Part shown: positions 27,170 to 50,564 of the stretch, piece after piece
Position numbering within the stretch: position 1 is the stretch's first letter
Layout: every line of letters begins with the position of its first letter
Assembly (NCBI GenBank): GCA_030141605.1
Contig: JAQGDQ010000377.1
Coordinates: 124,001 to 188,000, forward strand
DNA from: Tubiluchus corallicola
Lineage: Eukaryota; Animalia; Priapulida
DNA length: 64,000 nt
Direction of reading: 5' to 3'
Program-made: the position numbers and the translations under genes
Notes under the pieces: model-generated
Databases searched by the model: none
What the model saw: only the letters and a program-made list of their open reading frames with translations
Told to the model about the DNA's origin: nothing

Positions 27170-27400
27170 ACGTATGATCTCAAAGTGTTGCTATCATTTT
27201 GCTTTTGAATTAACACAGCAATATTAGTGGTGTTAATGTTATTCTTAAAAAAACATGCACTTTTGTGAGGGCAGTCGAAAAGTAGATATTCAGAAGTTTG
27301 GGGAAGACCACATAAACAAGAACTGTCAGGTATGAGTCCTAATCGGAATAAAAAATGTTTAAAAAATCCTTGTCCATGAATAAAACTTAGAGCAATGAAT
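27170..27400 (-). mobile_element. Non-LTR retrotransposon ORF2 C-terminal zinc-finger fragment
   Basis: IHGQGFFKHFLFRLGLIPDSSCLCGLPQTSEYLLFDCP resembles the GHG.F..L.R...C.CG...T..HLL..CP motif of R1/I-group LINEs. Confidence 0.65.
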
Positions 27401-27814
27401 CGTGACAACTATGGACGGACTGCTCTCATCCAGGCATCTTTTAATGGGCACTTGAATGTAGTTCAGCTCCTACTAGATAGTGGAGCTGATATTAACATCA
27501 GAAACAACTATGGACGGACTGCTCTCATGTGTGCATCTAGTAATGGGCACTTGAATGTAGTTCAGCTCTTACTAGATAGTGGAGCTGATATTAACATCAG
27601 TAACAACGATGGATGAACTGCTCTCATGTTGGCATCTACTAATGGGCACTTGAATGTAGTTCAGCTCTTACTAGACAGTGGAGCTGATATTAACATCAGT
27701 AACAACTATGGACGGACTGCTCTCATGTCGGCATCTATTAATGATCACTTGAATGTAGTTCAGCTCTTACTAGATAGTGGAGCTGATACTAACATCAGTA
27801 ACAACGATGGATGA
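27395..27814 (+). pseudogene. Four upstream ankyrin repeats, in frame with the main ORF but interrupted by TGA codons
   Basis: Same frame as 27824-29218; TGA at 27614-27616 and 27812-27814 where other repeats have CGG/TGG/GAC/GTA. Confidence 0.75.
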
Positions 27815-27823
27815 ACTGCTCTC

Positions 27824-29218
27824 ATGTTGGCATCTACTAATGGGCACTTGAATGTAGTTCAGCTTTTACTAGATAGTGGAGCCGATATTAACATCAGTAT
27901 CAACAATGGAGACACTGCTCTCATACCGGCATTTTTTAATGATCACTTGAATGTAGTTCAGCTCTTACTAGACAGTGGAGCTGATATTAACATCAGTAGT
28001 AACAACAGTGGATGGACTCCTCTCATGTTGGCATCTATTAATGGGCACTTGAATGTAGTTCAGCTTTTACTAGATAGTGGAGCCGATATTAACATCAGTA
28101 GTAACAACAGTGGATGGACTGCTCTCATGTTGGCATCTATTAATGGGCACTTGAATGTAGTTCAGCTTTTACTAGATAGTGGAGCTGATATTAACATCAG
28201 TAACAACAATGGAGACACTGCTCTCATGACGGCATCTTTTAATGGGCACTTGAATGTAGTTCAGCTCTTACTAGATAGTGGAGCCGATATTAACATCAGT
28301 AACAACGATGGACGGACTGCTCTCATGATGGCATCTTTTAATGGGCACTTGAATGTAGTTCAGCTCTTACTAAATAGGGGAGCTGATATTAACATCAGTA
28401 GTAACAACAGTGGGCGGACTGCTCTCATGATGGCATCTATTAATGGGTACTTGAATGTAGTTCAGCTCTTACTAGACAGTGGAGCTGATATTAACATCAG
28501 TAGTAACAACAGTGGGCGGACTGCTCTCATGACGGCATCTTTTAATGGGTACTTGAATGTAGTTCAGCTCTTACTAGATAGTGGAGCTGATATTAACATT
28601 AGTGACAACCATGGAGTAACTGCTCTCATGTGGGCATCTATTAATGGGCACTTGAATGTAGTTCAGTTCTTACTAGATAGTGGAGCTGATGTTAACATCA
28701 GTAACAATTATGGACGGACTGCTCTCATGTTGGCATCTATTAAAGGGCACGTGAATGTAGTTCAGATCTTACTAGATAGGCGAACTGATATTAACATCAG
28801 TGACAACCATGGAGTTACTACTCTGATGTTGGCATCTATTAATGGGCACTTGAATGTAGTTCAGTTCTTACTAGATAGTGGAGCTGATGTTAACATCAGT
28901 AACAACTATGGGCGGACTGCTCTCATGTTGGCATCTATTAAAGGGCACTTGAATGTGGTTCAGCTCTTACTAGATAGTGGAGCTGATATTAACATCAGTG
29001 ACAACCATGGAGTGACTACTCTTATGTTGGCATCTATTTATGGGCACTTGAATGTAGTTCAGCTCTTACTAGATAGTGGAGCTGATATTAGCATCAGTGA
29101 CAACCATGGAGTGACTGCTCTTATGTTGGCATCTATTTATGGGCACATGAATGTAGTTCAGCTCTTACTCTCTGTTGATGCTGGTTCAACACTAGAAACA
29201 TCAGAAGAACCATTGTAA
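27824..29218 (+). CDS. Ankyrin-repeat protein, 14 uninterrupted repeats (464 aa); may be part of a pseudogene
   Basis: 33-34 aa repeats GxTALMxASxNGHLNVVQLLLDSGADINIS; intronless; short unique C-terminus SVDAGSTLETSEEPL. Confidence 0.8.
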   Translation: MLASTNGHLNVVQLLLDSGADINISINNGDTALIPAFFNDHLNVVQLLLDSGADINISSNNSGWTPLMLASINGHLNVVQLLLDSGADINISSNNSGWTALMLASINGHLNVVQLLLDSGADINISNNNGDTALMTASFNGHLNVVQLLLDSGADINISNNDGRTALMMASFNGHLNVVQLLLNRGADINISSNNSGRTALMMASINGYLNVVQLLLDSGADINISSNNSGRTALMTASFNGYLNVVQLLLDSGADINISDNHGVTALMWASINGHLNVVQFLLDSGADVNISNNYGRTALMLASIKGHVNVVQILLDRRTDINISDNHGVTTLMLASINGHLNVVQFLLDSGADVNISNNYGRTALMLASIKGHLNVVQLLLDSGADINISDNHGVTTLMLASIYGHLNVVQLLLDSGADISISDNHGVTALMLASIYGHMNVVQLLLSVDAGSTLETSEEPL

Positions 29219-30429
29219 ATAATTGAATAAGTTATGGCTTCACTGTTACGTGTTATGAGACGGTAGGATTGCAACTGTTTCTGATGAAGTAGATTTCTTG
29301 TACTGCTTGGGTAGATTTCCGGTACTGCTGGGGTAGATTTTAAATAATGTTAGAATATAGTGGACAGCATATAGAGAGGCTGACGGTACTGAACTCTATT
29401 ACATTACAATTAATAGTGTAAGAAAGTTCTCAGTCTAATGTAAAATTTAGATTGATGTTGAGAGTAATGAAAAAAATTGAGAATTTGAAAATTTTTTTAA
29501 TTGTATTACATTGTAAATATTTTGCGAATATGCAGTGTGATTCATTTCTTATGTTGTTTTTGTAACAACAAAATAACAATGTAATAATCACGGCATTAAG
29601 CAATTATTAAATTTATTGTAGCTGGTACTAAATTAGTGTTGTTTGCTTTTAAATAGTTTCTTCTAGTATCTTGTTTTATCTTGTGAAACTACAATATGAA
29701 CCTACTCCACAATTACGTAAACAAGTTGTAAATTTATAAATGAAACGTGTTTATAATTGATGAATTACAGAAAACACTCTCACTTTATTGAATGTTTGAG
29801 TTGTGATCATATAAACACTTAGACCACTCAGTTACTTACCTGGTTTAATATTATAATACTATAAAATAGCAATATATAGTAAACTTTAACACTAGAAAAA
29901 TTAAAAACCTGCTTTAATCACAAGAAACAAGCGTAGTTTACTGATTAAATAATTTGAGTTTGTATTTCGAGGTCTTTGGTTCAAATCCAACTTAATGTCC
30001 GATCTTTTAGACGCTTATATCTCTAGTCGCATTTGACGTAGAGAATTTAATAAAGATATTTATTTCATCATTAAGCATAAAAGTAAAGAAAGCAATTTAA
30101 TGAATGTAACACTTATAACAGTTTCTTTAAAAAATAAACTTCTCAAAAAAATTTCTAAAATTAAAGTTCAAGAATCTGTCAGATTGGCAAGTTTATTTTA
30201 CTCTATTCCTCTCTGCATTTGACGAATTTTATAATGATCACTTTTGCTCAGAGAATACATTGACTTCATGTAGTTTACTGCTGCCACCTCGCGCACTACA
30301 CACGACACTCGAGTGACTACAAGTTTTGAGATTGGAAGCTGCTGCCCTCTGTTGTGCACAGAAACAAATAAATGGAAATGCACGTAAAAATGTTGCTTTA
30401 GAACGAAAAACGTTATAAGTATACTTTCG

Positions 30430-30432
30430 TCT

Positions 30433-30498
<66 letters not shown>

Positions 30499-30624
30499 AT
30501 TCTCTCTCTGCATCTTTCTCTCTTTCTCTCTCTTTCTCTCTTTCACTAATGCCCTCACTCTCTTTCACCCTTTCTCTCTCTCTTTCTTTCTCTGTCTCTC
30601 TCTATCTATCTATCTGCCTATCTA

Positions 30625-30670
<46 letters not shown>

Positions 30671-30711
30671 GGTCGGTCGGTCGGTCGGTCGATCGATCGA
30701 TCGATCGATCG

Positions 30712-30769
<58 letters not shown>

Positions 30770-30835
30770 CTATCTATCCGTGTATTTATCTATTTCACTC
30801 TTTCTTTCTCTTCTCTCTTCTCTTTTTCTTTCTTT
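30430..30835. repeat. Compound (CT)n / tetranucleotide microsatellite
   Basis: (CT)n then TCTA, TCTG, TCGG, TCGA, TCTA blocks. Confidence 0.95.
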
Positions 30836-31206
30836 CTTTTACATGTAAAATGTAATATTTTTTAAATAAAAAAGTTTTAATAATACTCTCACTCTATTCT
30901 GCTTATTCTACTCAGAGATCCTATTTTCTTGTAAAACTCTTTTCAAGTCACATGCTGTATCTTTTGAAACGAAGGTAAATCCATAGAAAAAATAACAGCG
31001 TACGTCCCAAAAAAACCAATTTCACCAATCACTCGAAGTAAAACTCGACTGATTTTCTCAAACTTCTGAAGGTTTTGCAAATAAAATTTATGGGTTCTCA
31101 CAGAGAACCTTTATTTGTGTGAAAAGTTCAAAAGAACACAAAACTTACGTGTTCTACATTTCACAGAGAACAGTAAATTTACACGAACTTCTGATGTTAA
31201 CTAAAT

Positions 31207-32520
31207 TGATGACAAGGACCCCAGGGGTGGGTTTACCCCGCTGTTTGTTTTACACACACACTACGGGAGCTTAGGTTAGGTCGATAAGCCATTGATATCT
31301 TCCCGCACGACCTTGAACCACGAAATATGCGTTGTGTAAGAAATCTTTATCTCCCTACTTGACAAGCAGGCTTCCGCAATAAGCCGTTTCAATGTGAATA
31401 CCCTTGTGTATAGATTCGTGCAGCGGACAGTGTCTTTACGAGAATGCACTTAAGTATTCTTTCAACCTCACAAAGTGATTCAAACAAATAAGTAACAGTA
31501 ATAAGTGATTCAACCTTTCATCAATTTACAATTTCGTTTACGTACGCGCTTTTGGGCGCTCACAACTAGTATTGATATATCTCTGAAGATTATATCAACC
31601 GTCACCGAAGTTACCAAAGTTTAACTGTTACTCTATAATCGTCACTTTACCCAAAATACAAGTTAACATTAAATTACTTCGATCCGTTTAACAATTACTG
31701 AGAATATCGTAAAATTACTTAACTTGCGGCCTGGCCAATCTTACCACTGTAATTGGCCAGATGCAAATTCCTAGTACAGTGGACTCTTGTTACAAGAATC
31801 ACACGTATAAGAATCAGCTCGATATAAGAATCAAAATCACGTTTCCCGAATTGAATCGGCATTTTCCTAGTGAAAATCCACTCGTATAAGAATCACCCTT
31901 CTTTCGATAGTAGAATCAATTTTGGCGCCAACTCCATTGTCTCTCACGCCCTGCTTACATGGTTCTGCGCAGTGGGCGTGGCGGACACCACAGAGATTTC
32001 AAATTTGTTTGTTTGCGTGTCAGTCAGTTGAAAAATGGCATCCAAACGGAAAAGCAGAAGTGTGAGTGAAAAGGTGAAAATTATCGCCGCTTATGACGCG
32101 CTTCCTAGGAATTTTTAGGTCCTTTTTAGGCCAGAAAAACATTATGCTGTTTCATGTCGTTTCTAGCGTAATTTCGAGAAATAAATAATTTTTATGTGCA
32201 TAAAAATTTTTTAAAGCAATTCTGGGTCATGCTCGTTATAAGAATCACTTTGCCTTCTCAGGAGGTGATTCTTATAACGAGAGTCCACTGTAGACACGTC
32301 TAAGCACCAGAGGTTTGATTGATCAAACTACGCAGAACTCTTCTCCACGCTGAGCTATAGTACAATCTCTTACTTCAAGAACTTCTTTGCACTCTCTTTT
32401 TGAATGCAAGGTCAGTTGACGTGACATTGTCAGTGACACGATCAGCGCCACATCACTGACCATCAGCTTGGCCACCACCATCCCCATCGCCATTCGGACA
32501 AGACATCCATTGTATTAGCC
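31207..32520. mobile_element. Dispersed LTR-like repeat, copy B, interrupted by a pogo-like MITE (boundaries approximate)
   Basis: Shares core with copy A and downstream islands (GCGCTTTTG..CGCTCACAACTA, TACTTAACT, TTGGYCA) with copies C and D. Confidence 0.5.
31777..32290 (+). mobile_element. pogo/Tigger-like non-autonomous DNA transposon
   Basis: TA TSD; TIRs CAGTGGACTCT..GTTA / TAACGAGAGTCCACTG; retains transposase N-terminus MASKRKSRSVSEKVKIIAAYDALP at about 32035-32106; inverted sister copy at 48088-48573. Confidence 0.88.
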
Positions 32521-32921
32521 CTAATTACATATAGCCTCTGTCTTTAGGCTAATTATTAATTGAACTGGCGATACTCGTGTCTTCTACGGTTCCCTGCCTT
32601 CGGTTATAGAAACTCGCTTCAGTACCAAATACATTTTAGAGATGCTGGCAAAAATCATGATAGCAAAATGCAATATTTACGTTAGATTTTGTCTGTAAAT
32701 TTGCAAAATGTTTGATAAAAAATGTTCATAAAATTTTGGGCGGGTCGGAAGTTCTCGTGCCACGATCAAGTCTTAATTTTAAATTTCGAATTTTTTTCAT
32801 TTGGAACTAGCATATTTGACGTTCATAAACAATTTACATATCCATTGTTGGGTACAAATCCATTGTTTATTTATACTTTTTCTTGTTCAGCTTTATAACG
32901 GTGTTGACGGTTGCAGCCAAT

Positions 32922-45559
<12,638 letters not shown>

Positions 45560-46749
45560 TAATTAAATTGCTATATAAATACGTTTTGAGCCACACATCT
45601 TTATTAAACTTTTATTTTAAATTCTCAAAAAAAAATTCTATAATTTAAAACTTCCTTTCCTGCTTTTTTCCAACAAGATACTGATGAAATTTCTGCGTAA
45701 TACATATAATTACATTGTAATATATATATATATATATACAATTTTTGATAATATTTTGCATAATATGCACAACTCTGGTTTTTATTTAAATTTGCATATT
45801 TTGTTAATTTAAGGCTATTGTTACCAAAATTTAGATTATTCTACCAGTTTACGTTCTTTCTATATATATATATATATATATAAATGTGTGTGTGTGTGTA
45901 AAACGTCTCAAATATGTACATAAAATTTAGAGTGTAAAAGGGTAAGTTTAGCAAAAGTGGTGTACAAGATACTGAAATTTATTTAATGGCCGAATAAACA
46001 ATGTTGTTGTAAAAGAAAACGGTGTACGGAAAATACTTTTATATATGCATAATTCTGGAATTTTGATGCAAAATCACTTTGCTACATTGTGTGTAGAGTG
46101 TCGTTTACTATATTTAGGTTGACACTTCAAATACGTACTGCTTTAGCGAGTCTAAATGAGCTGTTGAAAAGATTTAAATTCCCAAGTTAGTTCAAGATAG
46201 CAATACTTTGGCAGACTCACATTATTAAATTTGGCAAAGAACGAATCTAATAAATTGCCCCATGGCCGACCAAAATGGGGAAAAAAGTACCCCGACTATG
46301 TTTGCTCACATTTTTTTTACATTGATGCACCCAACGAAATAATTTCAAACTGTTAGTGATTAAATGTTTTTCAATTTCTTATTTGTTATGCAACTACACC
46401 ATGGTTTTGTTGAAAAGTATAATTCATGTTTTTTTACAAAGCACGGGAGCCTTGTGGAGTAGCTTATTAATCTCCTTAGTATTTTAATTAGGCCAAATTT
46501 TGGAATTTACTTTGCAACATTTTTCTCTCTGTTCCTTTGCGAAAATGATAAGATCTGTAAACCTCCAATTTAGCCTACAGTTCAGCAAAGGGGTTTTTCT
46601 AACAAAGTGTCAAGGAAATTTCATATTAAAACATCTGAACATTGTAATATGGCGGGAACTTCAGCTGCTCGGGTGACCAAGGATACACAACATTCTTTGT
46701 CATGTGCAAAAAACAAAGTCCGACTTTTTTAAAAACACAACAAAAGCAA

Positions 46750-47042
46750 AAAATGTGTTTCATTCTGCAATTGCTGATAATTTTTTAAAGTATTTAGGAC
46801 ATTTATTATACACGCTATGCTGATCTGTACAAAGTCGTCTCTAAAGTACAGTACCTTGCGCAGTTTTTTATGCTATGTAGATTTTTTAGCTTGCCATTTC
46901 ATCACCATTTTCAGCCTATTGTTATTGGCTTAAATCAAAATAACTATTAACAGACCAAATAACTGTCAGTTTTAAAATTTTAATAATCTTAAAGGCAAAA
47001 AAATATCCTCGTATCCCACGGGATACAATGGGTCTGAAAGGG
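46750..47042 (-). mobile_element. Partial piggyBac-like MITE
   Basis: Reverse-complement match to the first part of 33745-34198; ends TGAAAGGG|TTAA. Confidence 0.8.
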
Positions 47043-48087
47043 TTAAGGTGATGAAAATGAAATTTTAGAAGATCTAGTAAGTGAAGACAAAGTGGATGTC
47101 TTAGAATTGAACAACAAACACCATTAGTCTGTTATAAAAATTTTCAAAGAATCTTGAAAAACCAGGCATAAATAATACCACATAAACAGCATAGTGCTAT
47201 GGAGGAAAGCCACTTTTTATCGTTATATCTCTCATATATCTATGCCAGCTTGCCACATGAACTTGGTTTTGTATTAATGGAGCACCTTGATTACGAGTTG
47301 GTCATTGTGTTTAGTTAATAACACATCTTAAGCAAAACTTTAATTTTGTACCTCCCTTTATCTTTATTGTAAGAAAAAAGTTCTAACAGTGATGTACATC
47401 TGTACTGTGTACTGCTGATAGTAAACTTTGCTATCAGACAACTGCTCCTGTTTTTCGGTGACTGCTTACTTGGAGATGGTAACATTTTTATTATCTGCTT
47501 CAATAAAGAGCATGTAATAATTGTATAAAAATGTATAATGTATTGGATCGCTCTCCACTTTTAATGGAGGCAGAACGGATGGCACCGCGGCCTACACCGT
47601 GCGGCATGTCTCAACTAACATGTCAATGCCAAACCAAAACCAAAATGAATAATAAAATCAAAATGACAGTTTATTACAAAAAATATTCCAAATAGCTTAC
47701 CGAACAGAGTAGAATAGAGGAAAGCCTGAAATGTGAACAGAGCTGAGATGAGACGACCACTGACAAGGATCTACAGCAGACCTACCCTTTTTATAAGCTC
47801 AGGTGTGCACGTGACTAGTGGCTCCTACTAACACAAGGTCAGAATAAGAGTATATATGCTAGATAAAGCCACGTTCACACGCACACCCGAGAAGTCTGTG
47901 GTATTCCCCTGCCAGTATTACACTATCTCATCACAGTCCTGCAGTACAGTATATTATCTAAATTTCTTGAATTAGGAGACAAATGCCTTGCTTTGTTAGG
48001 TGACACATAACCGTGCACCACGCTCTATGATAACCGCTGATGACATTTTCATCTGTTGCTGTTCAGTAGAATTTGAAAATTTAATTA

Positions 48088-48573
48088 CAGTGGACTCTCG
48101 TTATAAGAATCACCTCGGGAGAAGGCAAAGTGATTCTTATAACAAGCGATTCTTATAACGAGCATGACACAGAATTGCTTTAAAAAATTTTATGCACATA
48201 AAAATTATTTATTTCCCGAAATTACGCTAGAAATGACATGAAACAGCATAATGTTTTTGTGGCCTAAAAAGGACCTAAAAATTACTAGACTAATATTTTC
48301 ATTTCATGGTTGGGTAAATATTTCATGATGACAGAATTGCATTTTTTAATGCACATAATTTTTTTCCGCCACGCCCACTGCGCAGAACCTTGTAAGCAGG
48401 GCGTGAGAGACAATGGAGTTGGCGCCAAAATTGATTCTACTATCGAAAGAAGGGTGATTCTTATACGGGCGGATTTTCACTAGGAAAATGCCGATTCAAT
48501 TCGGGAAACGCGATTTTGATTCTTATATCGAGCTGATTCTTATACGTGTGATTCTTGTAACGAGAGTCCACTG
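48088..48573 (-). mobile_element. pogo/Tigger-like MITE, second copy
   Basis: TA TSD, same TIRs as 31777-32290, opposite orientation. Confidence 0.88.
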
Positions 48574-48841
48574 TATTGGCGAAATTTTGCAAAAGAGCAT
48601 CAATAGCCATTGGCTAAGTATCTACAGATATAACAAAAATGAAAAAATTCTAAAGCTAAGCAAACAAAGCAAGAAATTTAGAAAAGAATTTTTGTTGGTT
48701 TTCTGACACAAATCTTGCAAAAAGGGAAAAAAATAGATGATAATGATGATGATGTCACAATCAAAAATTCGCAATTTCCTCACAATAAACACAGATATTG
48801 TTTCCACATTTTCCATTTGTCGTTCTTATCTTATAATAATG

Positions 48842-48881
<40 letters not shown>

Positions 48882-49311
48882 TATTAACATAAACATAGCC
48901 AAATGTGCTAAATATTAAATTGCATGAGTTACTCAAAGGAACTGGACATCAGTTTTTTTGTGATGATAGCAAAAATTGAGAGACAAAATGAGCTGGTAGA
49001 AGAACTATTTTCTTGTCCTTTTCATCTATAGATAACATTTTTTTAAATAAGTGGGAACATGGCAGCTTTTCCATGTTTAAATAACTTCCATTTTACGCAA
49101 AGTACCACAAAATGTAAACTATTTCAATGTAAACAATGTCATACATAAATTTATGGCACATCTGTGCTATGATAGTGGATTTTTAATGCTTCCAACTCTT
49201 GCAGAAAAGGAAAACATTGGTGCAAAAAATGTTGTAAAAAATACTAGTTTTACAATGTTACCAGATATTGGTTACTTAGCTATTTCATACCCTTATACTA
49301 TAATGGTAATA

Positions 49312-49567
49312 TAATAGTAATAGTAATAGTAATAGTAATAGTAATAGTAATAGTAATAGTAATAGTAATAGTAATAGTAATAGTAATAGTAATAGTAATA
49401 GTAATAGTAATAGTAATAGTAATAGTAATAGTAACAGTAACAGTAACAGTAACAGTAACAGTAACAGTAACAGTAACAGTAACAGTAACAGTAACAGTAA
49501 CAGTAACAGTAACAGTAACAGTAACAGTAACAGTAATAGTAATAGTAATAGTAATAGTAATAGTAAT
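49312..49567. repeat. (AATAGT)n-(AACAGT)n-(AATAGT)n hexanucleotide repeat
   Basis: Direct reading. Confidence 0.95.
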
Positions 49568-50029
49568 TTAAATTTAAACTAATTTTAAACTAAAGTAAGT
49601 TTAAATTAAATTAAAATTTTCTTAAATATCAAATTGAATTAAACTGAAATAACTTTAAACTAAACTAAGTATAAACTATTAAAACTGAAACATATGTAAA
49701 GCTATTAGGTGTAAACACAGATTTTAAACTTATTTTTGACTGTCATATTGAAGAAATCTGCAAAAGGACTACTGACGAAATAAATAATAAATAAAAAATT
49801 TCCTAATAAGGGTAGTCGTGTGGCTATTTATTTGGTCTTCTTCCTCTGCCAATTTTAACTGTAATAACTTGGTTTGGCATACCTGCAGTTTCATAAGTAC
49901 CCGACAAATTGTAAAAACTGCAATAAAGAACACTTAGAATTGCCTATAAAGATTACAATAGCAATACAAACACCTGTTGTCAAAAGCCAATCTAGCAACA
50001 TTGCACTTTAGCAGATTTAGGTCCTTAGT

Positions 50030-50460
50030 AACTGAGGTATAAAAATCGCTCAATAAGCTAAACCATCCGTATACTCAAGTATGAACTAAGCGTAAACTAT
50101 GAACTACGTGGCCAAAATAAGTTACAAATTCCTCGTTAATTCTCTAAGGTACCAAGAAGCAAAGTTGTGGAATGGTTTGCCTAAAGCTACTAGTCTAAAA
50201 TCATTTAAAAACTTCATTTAATCTTGGTATGGTGAAACCTGTAAATGTGCATATTGTGCGTACAGTCTTGTCGACTTGAATAATGGATAATTTTATGATT
50301 TTTAAAATTGCTGTCATGATTTTCACTTTCTTGTCATTGCATTTCCTTTTCATTCTGTATTTTAAAGGTATCATTTTACTTTGCATGTGCCCATTATAGT
50401 AGCTTTGACTAATGTTGTAAACATCGACAATAAATAAAGTGGCTTACCTTATCTTATCTT
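50030..50460 (+). mobile_element. LINE (CR1-group) 3' fragment
   Basis: NSLRYQEAKLWNGLPKATSLKSFKNFI*SWYGETCKCAYC; AATAAA and (CTTAT)n tail. Confidence 0.7.
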
Positions 50461-50564
50461 ACAAGCCCTTGCTCACATAATCAACTTCTAATAGGCACAA
50501 ATCTCAGACGAAAAGGATAGACTTAGTAGGTTCAAGCTTTTGCTACATCACAGCGGTTTTAGCA

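Noticed and set aside
27614-27814. Selenocysteine or programmed readthrough at the ankyrin TGAs
   Set aside because: Aligned residues are R/W/D/V rather than Cys, no SECIS recognised, context TGA-A is not the leaky TGA-C; a duplicated nonsense mutation is simpler.
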